From Candidatus Helarchaeota archaeon (lineage in GTDB: Archaea > Asgardarchaeota > Lokiarchaeia > Helarchaeales > RDOG01): a DNA stretch of 63,509 nt. The notes under the pieces were generated by a model. The model was not told the origin of the DNA. It did not search any database and saw nothing but the letters and a program-made list of their open reading frames with translations. Both the position numbers and the translations under genes were made by a program. Where the stretch lies: the NCBI GenBank assembly GCA_029838215.1, contig JALGVI010000034.1:1-63509 (forward strand), given 5' to 3'. Shown one piece after another: positions 1 through 9,348 of this stretch (within the stretch, counting starts at the first letter, position 1; each line of letters opens with the position of its first letter).

Positions 1-336
1 TCAGAATATACCGAAAATTCTCGGATCCGACGGGCGATTAAATGCGTGTACTGCCCCCCAAAATCCAAAATAACTATCGTATCGGCTTTCTTTAATTTCA
101 TCATGTTTCTTCAAAAATCTAAATTGTTTACGGACTAATAAAATATTTCAGGACGGATCTTTTTAAATTATAATTTTTATTTTATCAGGCTTCTCGCGGA
201 TCGGTTCTGCGATTTGGACAATCATTTTTGAACAAATAAAAAAAAAGGGTATTATAAAAGAGATTTTCGATTTTCAAAAAAGAGGGGAGGATTTGTCTCT
301 CGTGCTGAAGTTTTATTCGAGTACCAAGCGATTAAC

Positions 337-1236
337 TCACGGAATCGGTGCAGGGAGCCCAAAAAGTTGAAAGATACCGTTTACGATGAGCCGTACTCCG
401 ATATATATATAAATGATTGCAAGGAGTATCTTGAATCGTTTTGGATCTATCTTGTGAGCAAGTTTTGGACCGAATTGTGCAAGAATTATGCTAGAAACAC
501 CTATGAAGATAAACGCGCCTAGACTGAACCAACCGAAAGTGAACGGAGGATAATCTGCAGGGTGTATTGCTTGATCAATTCCACCGAATATAGAATATGA
601 AATCGCTCCAACTAAGGAGCCAACAACCATCGTGCTTAGTGACAGGGCAACTGCGAATAATGCGGGAACTCCTAAAATAGTATTTAAGACGGGCATGTAT
701 ATAATACCGCCACCTATACCCATGAAATGTGCCAGCATTCCGGAGAAGAAACCCGCAATACCATACTTCCAGCCAACAGGCTTCTCCAGTTCTTCAAGTT
801 GTAATGGACGAGCACGAAGGAACCTGTATGCTCCAATAAGACAAAAAATTCCAAATAATAATTTCATTATTAATCCTGCAATTGCCCTGAAATTCACGAA
901 GAAGATAAATGCTTCCAAGGAACCCGTAATTGAGCCAAGTGCAACAGGAATGACAAAGTACACGTAATTCTTGGTTGGGAATTCACGATCTTTTGAGTGA
1001 AGGGTTTTTCGGTGCCGCAAAGCACCACTTAATGCAGTGGGCACGACTATTGCCATATTTGTTCCAAATGCTATGAGAGGTGCGAGGGAAGGATTGATTC
1101 CCTGAACATTTTGAAAAATAAAAATCATCACAGGAACCATGATGAAGCAGGCTCCCACGCCGAACAAGGAGCTTACTAAGCCGACGATACTACCGATCAA
1201 CACGAGAAGGATCACGATCAGAATATCGAACCACAT
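337..1236 (-). CDS. Sulfite exporter TauE/SafE family membrane protein
   Basis: Multi-TM protein with twofold internal symmetry; GxxSSLFGVGACFIMVP and GMLAHFMGIGGGIIYMP motifs typical of TauE/SafE. Confidence 0.9.
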   Translation of the reverse strand: MWFDILIVILLVLIGSIVGLVSSLFGVGACFIMVPVMIFIFQNVQGINPSLAPLIAFGTNMAIVVPTALSGALRHRKTLHSKDREFPTKNYVYFVIPVALGSITGSLEAFIFFVNFRAIAGLIMKLLFGIFCLIGAYRFLRARPLQLEELEKPVGWKYGIAGFFSGMLAHFMGIGGGIIYMPVLNTILGVPALFAVALSLSTMVVGSLVGAISYSIFGGIDQAIHPADYPPFTFGWFSLGAFIFIGVSSIILAQFGPKLAHKIDPKRFKILLAIIYIYIGVRLIVNGIFQLFGLPAPIP

Positions 1237-1290
1237 ATAAGGGTACAGTTCTAGATACCTTTATTAATAATATGGTTGAGATTCTAAACC

Positions 1291-1872
1291 ATGAAGCTTG
1301 CTTTTGACGAAATAGATCGAAAGATCCTCGGATTGCTTCGTAAAGATGGACGAATGAGCTTGCACGATTTAGCGAAAGAAACAAGCAGGAGTAGCACGGC
1401 TATCCGTAAAAGATTACTTAGACTGGCAAGAAATGGCATCATTCACTCATCTATTCTATTGAATCTCAAAAACTTCGATTTTTACCTTGTATTTATAAGG
1501 TTAGAAGTCGAGAATGCCGTTGCTAAAGATGCCATCTTTCGACGATTTCGTGATTGTCCTCGCCTCATTTCGCTTTATTCCACGTTAGGAACGGATAATA
1601 TCATTGCATTAATGTTGGCAGAGGACCAAAACACGCTCGAAAGCGAACAATTACAGACTTGTGCCATACGATCCAGCAAGGGTGTTCGACGTTCCGAAGT
1701 TGCGTTAATCACGGAAATGGCATATGACCAATTCTTGCCTGTTCGAATAGAATTGGTAACTCACGATAAAGAAAAAGCTCCTTGTGGTGCAAACTGTGCC
1801 AAATGCAAGCGATTTCTGAATGAAAAATGTCTAGCGTGTCCTGCGACACGATATTACAGGGGACCTCTATGA
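1291..1872 (+). CDS. Lrp/AsnC family transcriptional regulator with C-terminal Cys-rich tail
   Basis: N-terminal DEIDRKILGLLRKDGRMSLHDLAKET HTH, RAM-like domain, tail CGANCAKCKRFLNEKCLACP; divergent from the TauE gene. Confidence 0.88.
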   Translation: MKLAFDEIDRKILGLLRKDGRMSLHDLAKETSRSSTAIRKRLLRLARNGIIHSSILLNLKNFDFYLVFIRLEVENAVAKDAIFRRFRDCPRLISLYSTLGTDNIIALMLAEDQNTLESEQLQTCAIRSSKGVRRSEVALITEMAYDQFLPVRIELVTHDKEKAPCGANCAKCKRFLNEKCLACPATRYYRGPL

Positions 1873-2057
1873 TGATTCGACTCAAGAAACATCTTTTTAA
1901 AAACTCTATCCTTACATCTTCAATATCTCCCTGCAAATAGTGTTTCGAATCTCATTAAAAATCAAGTTGGGCTCATTTGTTTTAATCTAAAATTTCTTTC
2001 TCCTCCAAAAATTATATAGATGAGTCAAATAAAGTAATTTCCAGAGATTATAATTAG

Positions 2058-3143
2058 ACGAGAGAGATCCAGCGACTTTTAAAAATTGCCGGAGGACAAT
2101 ATTTAAAGGAATCAGCCGAAATCCTTAATAGACTATACTTTAGCGGTAATTGTCAAGACGAAAAAGTAGACAATCGGCTGCTTGCCGAAATGATGGATAT
2201 TTCGACAACTAAGGCTTCAAAGATCTTGAGTTCGCTAGCTCGCGTTGATCTAATCCAAAAAGCACCCGAAGAAAACACGTATTTTACTCATGAAGTTGAC
2301 ACGTTATGCAGGATTTGCTTGGAACAACTCAAGGCATCGTGGCAAGCAGATATTCGGGCAATCAATTCCGTGTTTTCAAGAAACTTCTTTACGCCTTTTG
2401 TAGAAAAAATCAACTTTTTTTCGATGTATCAATCCTTGAAGAAAATGTTTAGAATTACTAATCTAAGAAACGATTTATACCTTGAAATTAATTCAGGTGG
2501 TCCCGCTTGTAACGTTCCGTTTGATAGTTTGGACTTAGCGTCTCAAAGGGTCTTGAAACAATATTTTTCAAAAACAGCGTACGATATTTTTCATGAGCGT
2601 TATTTGGCTTTAAAGTGGCGACTGGAAGAACAAAAACGAAGGGGCATCAAGGAAGGGACTGTTTATTACATTATTAACGTGCGTGCCATTAGATCCCATT
2701 TATTAAGAATTTCCGAGAAAAAAGGTCTCGATTCGATTCATGCATATTTAACATTCCTAAAAAATCTTGATATCTTTCTCCAAAACGTTTATGATTTTCT
2801 AGTAGATGGCCATCTTCAAGTCATAATTGATATAGAACACAAAAACGTCAATGGTCCTTTAATAATTTTTGAAAATAACGCTTATCTTTGTCTTACTGAA
2901 AATCCATATCATCCGGGAAATGATCGGATCTTGTATTTTAATGATGCCGAAATCATACGAATCTTAACGGTAAGTTATAAGAAGTTATTCGAGAACATGA
3001 TGAGGGCAGAAAACTATAAGGAGCAAGACGATCTCCCCAATTTCCTGCTTCGAGAAGAACGCGGTAAATGGCTATACGAGAGTCAGACAAAAAAACTACG
3101 AGATGAAATCAGATTTGTCGAAGATACCTATTTAAAAGAATGA
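2058..3143 (+). pseudogene. wHTH/TrmB-like regulator copy 1, 5'-deleted (no SD or start codon; first internal ATG at 2190)
   Basis: The frame encodes TREIQRLLKIAGG... from 2058 but is directly preceded by in-frame TAG (2055-2057). Relative to copy 3, 41 bp containing the SD and ATG are missing. Confidence 0.7.
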
Positions 3144-3250
3144 TTTCACGTAAAGTTCCTTTTTCCTCCAAAAATTATATAGATGAGTCAAATAAAGTAA
3201 TTTCCGGAGATTATAATTTTCTTCCTAACAAAAAAAATAAGGGGAAGTCC

Positions 3251-4348
3251 ATGGACGAGAAAAAGAGAGATATTCAGCGACTTTTAAAAATTGCAGGGGG
3301 ACAATATTTAAAGGAATCAGCCGAAATCCTTAATAGACTATACTTTAGCGGTAATTATCAAGATGAAAAAATTGACAACCGTCTGCTCGCAGGAATGATG
3401 GACATTTCGACAACCAAGGCTTCAAAGATCTTGAGTTCGCTTGCCCGCGTTGATCTAATCCAAAAAGCACCCGAAGAAAACACGTATTTTACTCATGAAG
3501 TTGACACGTTATGCAGGATTTGCTTGGAACAACTAAAGAAATCTTGGCAAGCGGATATTCGGGCAATTAATTCCGTGTTTTCAAGAAACTTCTTTACGCC
3601 TTTTGTGGAAAATGTTAGCATTTTTTCGATGTACGGAGCCTTCAAGGAAATGTTTAGAATCACTAATCTAAGAAACGATTTATACCTTGAAATTAATTCG
3701 GGAGGGCCGGCTTGCAGCATTCCGTTTGATAGTTTGGACTTAGCAATGCAAAAAGTTATTAAACGCAATTTTTCAAAGATGGCTTACGACATTTTTCATG
3801 AGCGTTATTTGGCTTTAAAGTGGCGACTGGAAGAACAAAAACGAAGGGGCATCAAGGAAGGAACTGTCTATTATATTCTTACAGTAAATGCCATTAAATC
3901 TCATTTATTAAAGATTTCCGAGAAAAAAGGTCTCGATCCAATTCATGTATATTTAACATTCCTAAAAAATCTTGAGAGTTTTCTTAAGAATTTTTATGAT
4001 TTTCAGATAGACGGTCATCTTCAAGTCATTATTGATACAGAGCACAAGAACATCAATGGTCCTTTAATAATTTTCGAAAACAATGCTTACCTTTGTTTGC
4101 ATGAAAATCCATTCATTCAAGGAATGTATCGGATCTTATATTTTCATGATGCCGAAATCATACGAATCTTAACGGAAAGTTATAAGAAGTTATTCGAGAA
4201 CATGATGAGGGCAGAAAACTATAAGGAGCAAGACGATCTCCCCAATTTACTAATTCGAGAAGAACGCGGTAAATGGTTATACGAGAGTCAGACAAAAAAA
4301 CTACGAGATGAAATCAGAATTGTCGAAGATACCTATTTAAAAGAATGA
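3251..4348 (+). CDS. wHTH (TrmB-like) transcriptional regulator, copy 2
   Basis: SD-like AAGGGGAAG then ATG at 3251 (MDEKKRDIQ); wHTH NRLLAGMMDISTTKASKILSSLARVDLIQK followed by a large C-terminal putative effector domain. The TrmB-like label is from architecture only. Confidence 0.72.
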   Translation: MDEKKRDIQRLLKIAGGQYLKESAEILNRLYFSGNYQDEKIDNRLLAGMMDISTTKASKILSSLARVDLIQKAPEENTYFTHEVDTLCRICLEQLKKSWQADIRAINSVFSRNFFTPFVENVSIFSMYGAFKEMFRITNLRNDLYLEINSGGPACSIPFDSLDLAMQKVIKRNFSKMAYDIFHERYLALKWRLEEQKRRGIKEGTVYYILTVNAIKSHLLKISEKKGLDPIHVYLTFLKNLESFLKNFYDFQIDGHLQVIIDTEHKNINGPLIIFENNAYLCLHENPFIQGMYRILYFHDAEIIRILTESYKKLFENMMRAENYKEQDDLPNLLIREERGKWLYESQTKKLRDEIRIVEDTYLKE

Positions 4349-4454
4349 TTTCACGTAAAGTTCCTTTTTCCTCCAAAAATTATATAGATGAGTCAAATCA
4401 AATAATTTCCGGAGATTATAATTTCTTCAAAGCAAAAAAAATAAGGGGAAGTCC

Positions 4455-5552
4455 ATGCACGATAAGACGAGAGAGATCCAGCGACTTTTAAAAATTGCAG
4501 GGGGACAATATTTAAAGGAATCAGCCGAAATCCTTAATAGACTATACTTTAGCGGTAATTATCAAGAAGAAAAAATCGACAACCGTCTACTCGCAGGAAT
4601 GATGGACATTTCGACAACCAAGGCTTCAAAGATCTTGAGTTCGCTAGCTCGCGTTGATCTAATCCAAAAAGCACCCGAAGAAAACGCTTATTTCACGCAC
4701 GAAATTGACACGTTATGCAGGATTTGCCTGGAACAACTAAAGAAATCTTGGCAAGCGGATATTCGGGCAATTAATTCCGTGTTTTCAAGAAATTTCTTTG
4801 CTCCTTTTGTGGAAAACATCAATATGTCTTCGATGTATCAAGTTTTTAAAGAAATGTTTAGAATTACTAATCTAAGAAACGATTTATACCTTGAAATTAA
4901 TTCGGGCGGGCCAGCTTGTAACGTTCCGTTTGATAGTTTGGACTTGACGACCCAAAAAATCTTAAAACAATATTTTTCAAAAGTGGCTTACGACATTTTT
5001 CATGAGCGTTATTTGGCTTTAAAGTGGCGACTGGAAGAACAAAGACGGAGGGGCATCAAGGAAGGGACAGTCTATTATATCATCAACGTGCGTGCCATTA
5101 GATCCATTGTATTAAAAATATCTGAGAAAAAAGGTCTCGATCCAATTCATGTATATTTAACATTCCTAAAAAATCTTGAGAGTTTTTTTAAGAATTTTTA
5201 TGATTTTCTATTGGACGGTCATCTTCAAGTCATTATTGATACAGAGCACAAGAACATCAATGGTCCTTTGGTAATTTTTGAAAATAACGCCTATCTTTGT
5301 CTTATTGAGAATCCGAATCATCCCGGAAATGATCGGATCTTGTATTTTCATGACGCCGAAATCGTGCAGATCTTAACGACAAGTTATAGGAAGTTATTCG
5401 AAAACATCATGAGAGCAGAGAATTATAAGGAACAAGATGATCTCCCCAATTTTCTGCTTCGAGAAGAACGCGGTAAATGGCTATACGAGAGTCAGACGAA
5501 AAAACTACGAGATGAAATCAGGTTCATCGAAGACACGTATTTAAAAGAATGA
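4455..5552 (+). CDS. wHTH (TrmB-like) transcriptional regulator, copy 3
   Basis: 365 aa, collinear with copy 2, identical recognition helix. Confidence 0.72.
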   Translation: MHDKTREIQRLLKIAGGQYLKESAEILNRLYFSGNYQEEKIDNRLLAGMMDISTTKASKILSSLARVDLIQKAPEENAYFTHEIDTLCRICLEQLKKSWQADIRAINSVFSRNFFAPFVENINMSSMYQVFKEMFRITNLRNDLYLEINSGGPACNVPFDSLDLTTQKILKQYFSKVAYDIFHERYLALKWRLEEQRRRGIKEGTVYYIINVRAIRSIVLKISEKKGLDPIHVYLTFLKNLESFFKNFYDFLLDGHLQVIIDTEHKNINGPLVIFENNAYLCLIENPNHPGNDRILYFHDAEIVQILTTSYRKLFENIMRAENYKEQDDLPNFLLREERGKWLYESQTKKLRDEIRFIEDTYLKE

Positions 5553-5974
5553 TTTTACAGAATTGCATTAATTTTCTAAATATATTAGAAAGCAAGAGAA
5601 ATGCAGTCAACATCTGATTCTTTGTATTAAAATTTAACGATAAAGAAGTCAAATGATAGCAACAATAGCGATCTTTTTGGGGGGATGTTGGTCCCCCTCG
5701 ATCAAACCCCACTTTCCCATCCAAACTTTACTCGTTTACAAGTAATCTTAAAGCCGGAATGATCATATAATAATACCAGAGGAAATATAAGTCTTCAGGT
5801 GTAAATTTCAGGAAATCCAAGAAAATCAGGAATCATGCACAGAAGAAGAATGAACATCAGTTGAAGAGTCGTGAACTAGTCATGAAAATTCCATGCAAAA
5901 TTGGACATTAAAGAGTATTCGTGAGATTGAGGTAAGACTCGCATTTAAAAGGAGTGTTGAGAACCGGAGTGCCC

Positions 5975-6143
5975 ATGATAGAGAGTGATTTCTTGCGGAT
6001 TGGAGAGGCGGCGAGCTTTCGTGGCACGCATCAGTTAAATGGATGAAGATCACTTGAAAATCCGCTTCCGTCTTCTGGTGGGACGGAGCTCAAGGACCCA
6101 AAGACAAATGTCCAAGGCTGTCCAAGTTTATACCATCAGTTAA
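5975..6143 (+). pseudogene. Possible decayed MerR-HTH / IS607 TnpA-like N-terminus
   Basis: GGAG then ATG gives MIESDFLRIGEAASF, resembling the LRIGEAA start of IS607 resolvases and MerR HTHs; frame broken at 6046; locally GC-richer. Confidence 0.25.
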
Positions 6144-6189
6144 GTAAAAGAGAGTGATATTTCAAGAAATTCAATCGGATTGGATTTGA

Positions 6190-7278
6190 ATGGAAGAAAA
6201 AGAACGAAACATAAAAAGTCTTTTAAAAATGTTTGGAGGAAAATATTTCAGAGAATCTTCAAGAGCAATTTTGAAGTTGTATTTTGAGGGAAATCACACC
6301 AATGCTACAATAGATAACAAACTATTAGCAGAATTGATTGGGTGTACTCCTATACAGGCATCGAAGATCCTCAGTTCTTTAGGAAAGCTCGGTCTGATAC
6401 AGAAAACACATGAATCTAATTCCTATTTCGTGTATCCCATCGATATTTTCCGCATGATTTGTTTAGACAAGTACAAATCTAGGCAAAATGACGAATTACA
6501 AGTCCTCAATTCGCTCTTTCTGAAATCCCATGTCAGTTGTATTGTTGAAAGAATGGATCTTTTGTCATCGTATTCTGTTTTAAAAAATCTATTTAAAGAC
6601 ACGCCTCTTCAGGATAACATCTATCTCGAATTGAATACATCCTGTTTAGCCTGTTGCACGCCTCATGATGAGTTGAGCATGGATGAAAAGAAATTCGTCA
6701 ACCGATACTTTTCAAAAGTCGCGTATGAAATGTTTTACAAGCGATATCAAGCATTGAAATGGCGGCTGGAAGAGCAGAAACATCTCTCGCAATATGTGGA
6801 AACATTTTATATTATTTGCATTAAAAATGTAAGGTCATATCTAATTAATTTGCGTGTTAAAAAGAATCCGAATGCAATGGACATGTATTTGTTTTTCTTA
6901 AACAATTTCAAGAAAGCATTTCAGGAAGTCAAAAACCATATTCTACAAGGTCGTCTCCAAATTCTGGTAGATTTCGATAGAAATCATTACAATGGACCAT
7001 TAATCATAAGAGGAAATACCACGGTTCTTTCCTTAAAGGAGAACCTTGCCAATCTAGGACAAATTTCCAATTTATTTTTCTATGATGATGAATTGGCATC
7101 TTACTTCAGGCAGAGTTATAAGAAATTATTTGAAAGTATCATTAAGACAGAGGGTCTTAAACAAGGTGGTGGACTTTTGGACGGTTTCCAAGGGGAGCAG
7201 CGTGGATCTTGGCTTCTCGACCGCAATGACCGACTAATAAATGAAGAAATTGAGAGTATAAAGCAAAAATTGTTTTGA
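6190..7278 (+). CDS. Diverged fourth paralogue of the wHTH/TrmB-like regulator
   Basis: Collinear with copies 1-3: DNKLLAELIGCTPIQASKILSSLGKLGLIQK, YQALKWRLEEQK, NGPLII, SYKKLFE. Confidence 0.72.
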   Translation: MEEKERNIKSLLKMFGGKYFRESSRAILKLYFEGNHTNATIDNKLLAELIGCTPIQASKILSSLGKLGLIQKTHESNSYFVYPIDIFRMICLDKYKSRQNDELQVLNSLFLKSHVSCIVERMDLLSSYSVLKNLFKDTPLQDNIYLELNTSCLACCTPHDELSMDEKKFVNRYFSKVAYEMFYKRYQALKWRLEEQKHLSQYVETFYIICIKNVRSYLINLRVKKNPNAMDMYLFFLNNFKKAFQEVKNHILQGRLQILVDFDRNHYNGPLIIRGNTTVLSLKENLANLGQISNLFFYDDELASYFRQSYKKLFESIIKTEGLKQGGGLLDGFQGEQRGSWLLDRNDRLINEEIESIKQKLF

Positions 7279-7301
7279 GGGGAGTCGAGAGTGAAAAAAA
7301 A

Positions 7302-8039
7302 TCAAGCATCTGACTCCCAGCCAATGGCATTCTGGAACCAAACCGGCATGGAGATGCAGACATACATTAAAATTGAGAATGCAACGAAACATAACCTGAC
7401 AAATATCGTTATCAAGCCAACGATTCCAACTAATTCGAAAACATAGGCCATGGCAATAGTGCCCGTAGCAATGCCCATCACGGCAGAACGAATTGCTTTT
7501 GGTCTTGCTGTTTTTCTAATGACAATTGCATAATAAAAGAAAACAATGACGGGAATTAATAGTGTTGGACCGAGTAAAGGTAATATTAAAAGCAATAGGA
7601 AATCGGCATATACAATTTCTCCAGAGATCCCAATTGTTGGTTGAAAGATCATTAGAATGATGCCGAGAAGACCCATTAAAATTGCGGAAACTACCGTTAA
7701 TTCTTTCACGTGAGTTGGATAGGTCATTTCAAAGGAAAAAGCATCGAGTAAAAGCACCACAACTAGACTTGCAATTATTGCGATGTTGTGAAATGCCAGC
7801 CCGAAGTAATCGTTTTGCAACACGTATCTCATTGCCGTGCTAAGAAAAATCCTGTTAATGCCTATGCAGGTAAGGGCAAAACCGACGAGAAAAAACACCA
7901 ATATGAAGATAAAAGTTGCCCTGACCTTTTTCTGTTTATATTTCAAATAGGTTACCATTGTTAAAAGGAAGTTTATCCCTGCAGCACTGAATAATTCGAT
8001 GATTCCGAGAATTTGGATTATTAAATCGATCATGCTCAT
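7302..8039 (-). CDS. Hypothetical polytopic (~7 TM) membrane protein
   Basis: About seven hydrophobic segments with short loops; no recognised catalytic motif. Confidence 0.75.
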   Translation of the reverse strand: MSMIDLIIQILGIIELFSAAGINFLLTMVTYLKYKQKKVRATFIFILVFFLVGFALTCIGINRIFLSTAMRYVLQNDYFGLAFHNIAIIASLVVVLLLDAFSFEMTYPTHVKELTVVSAILMGLLGIILMIFQPTIGISGEIVYADFLLLLILPLLGPTLLIPVIVFFYYAIVIRKTARPKAIRSAVMGIATGTIAMAYVFELVGIVGLITIFVRLCFVAFSILMYVCISMPVWFQNAIGWESDA

Positions 8040-8165
8040 GGATTAATCCCTTCTTTAACTTCCATTTTGGAATTATCTTGCGAATATCTCCATTTTTATT
8101 ATTCCAAGTATAAATAATTTTTTATGTTTATTATTTAATTTACAAATACTTCATTTAGTTTTAAA

Positions 8166-9005
8166 TTGGAGGCGTTGAAGATAAATAAACACCAGCTCCC
8201 CATCTTAAAGGTCGAGGCGGAAACCTGCGGTGAAGCGTGGATCAGGACCGTAAAGGCGGTCTGGGATCACGGCAAGATCATGCCCAATCATTACGAAGAA
8301 GAGCCATCCAAGGAGGCATCCGTCATAGTTAACGTGATTAATCCGCTCAAGGAACCACGAATACATAAGGCAGATTATGTCAGCACGTCGGATATACGGC
8401 TCAACCCGACCTACGTCAAGGAAGTGCTTGAAGGCTCGATCGATCACAAGGTTGACGAAGGGAACTTATCATACACGTATCATCGGCGGCTCTGGAACTG
8501 GGGAAAACGCGTGCCAAAACAGGATGAAGATCTTGACTCCCGGAACCTGCCCAAAGCGCGGTTTTTCATCAAGGATGACCTGAAAGAAGACCTCGGGATC
8601 AACCAGATGGAATACCTGATCGAGAAAATGGCGGCAGAAACAATCTCCCGGAAACTACAGGTGACGACGTGGGTGCCTTGGAAAGACCTGAAAATGAGCG
8701 GCGCGCCATGCCTGCAAAGAATCTGGTTCAGGATCATCGAGGACACCGACCTGAAAAAAGAAAGATACCTGACGATGGAAACGCACTGGCGATCCCGAGA
8801 CCTCTTCAAGGCATGGGGAAGCAACGTCTTCGCAATGGTAGAAATGGGAAAATGGGTAGCCGCCGAACTCTCAAAAAAGATCGGCACGGAAATCATTCTC
8901 TCACAATACGTGGACTTTTCAAACTCTCTTCACATCTATGGAAGCGACTTCAAGGACGTCCAAGACGTGTTCACTGTTCTGAAGAAAAGAGGGATGATGA
9001 TATAG
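8166..9005 (+). CDS. thyA: Thymidylate synthase (archaeal ThyA-type)
   Basis: Catalytic APCLQ, WRSRDLFKAWGSN (RSxD plus the dUMP-selecting Asn) and SNSLHIYG motifs. Confidence 0.88.
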   Translation: MEALKINKHQLPILKVEAETCGEAWIRTVKAVWDHGKIMPNHYEEEPSKEASVIVNVINPLKEPRIHKADYVSTSDIRLNPTYVKEVLEGSIDHKVDEGNLSYTYHRRLWNWGKRVPKQDEDLDSRNLPKARFFIKDDLKEDLGINQMEYLIEKMAAETISRKLQVTTWVPWKDLKMSGAPCLQRIWFRIIEDTDLKKERYLTMETHWRSRDLFKAWGSNVFAMVEMGKWVAAELSKKIGTEIILSQYVDFSNSLHIYGSDFKDVQDVFTVLKKRGMMI

Positions 9006-9042
9006 AAACTTTTAGTTGTTCAAGATTTTTTTAATTTTTCTT

Positions 9043-9342
9043 TTACTTTCTCCCCCTATCACGGCATGCATATCGTAAAGTTTTTTCAAACTCTTCTAAT
9101 CTTTCATTATTTGCGAATTGATCCCTCCTTCTTAGTGAGTTAAAAATATTTTGGCCTAATTGCATGACACCTAAAGAATGCTCATATCTTGTATGATTTG
9201 CATTTGGATAGACCGAGTTTGCAGTAGTCTGTCTAATTCTTTTTAAACGTTGGAATATAGGGGAGTCAATGAAATTTAGATCCGCATTATTTAACTCAAT
9301 ATAACCATGAACAATATCTCTAACAATCTTCGACTTTCCCAA
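9043..9342 (-). pseudogene. Truncated HD-domain phosphohydrolase (dNTP triphosphohydrolase-like), N-terminal third only
   Basis: RDIVHGYIEL, FQRLKRIRQ and HTRYEHSLGV motifs; homology ends at LRYAC where LLHDxGH is expected, with a stop 6 codons later. Confidence 0.85.
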
Positions 9343-9348
9343 GGAAAA

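Larger units (their letters stand above)
2000..5556 (+). repeat. Direct tandem triplication, ~1204-bp unit (promoter plus regulator gene)
   Basis: CCTCCAAAAATTATATAGATGAGTCAAAT precedes each copy; stops at 3143, 4348 and 5552 (spacing 1205 and 1204 bp); long identical DNA stretches between copies. Confidence 0.97.

Noticed and set aside
2018-2028. TGAGTCA (AP-1-like) site in each array promoter
   Set aside because: It is repeated only because the unit is duplicated; there is no evidence for a bZIP-type factor.
3140-3250. 37-aa N-terminal extension of array copy 2 starting at the ATGA overlap
   Set aside because: The equivalent spacer before copy 3 is 110 bp (out of frame) and contains the TATA box, palindrome and SD, so the open frame is incidental.
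2000-5556. Diversity-generating retroelement as the cause of variable patches
   Set aside because: Differences are not adenine-specific, are spread across the gene, and no reverse transcriptase or template repeat is present.
8166-9005. Phage-type dCMP hydroxymethylase or base-modification enzyme
   Set aside because: It keeps the Asn that selects dUMP, and no modification genes are adjacent.
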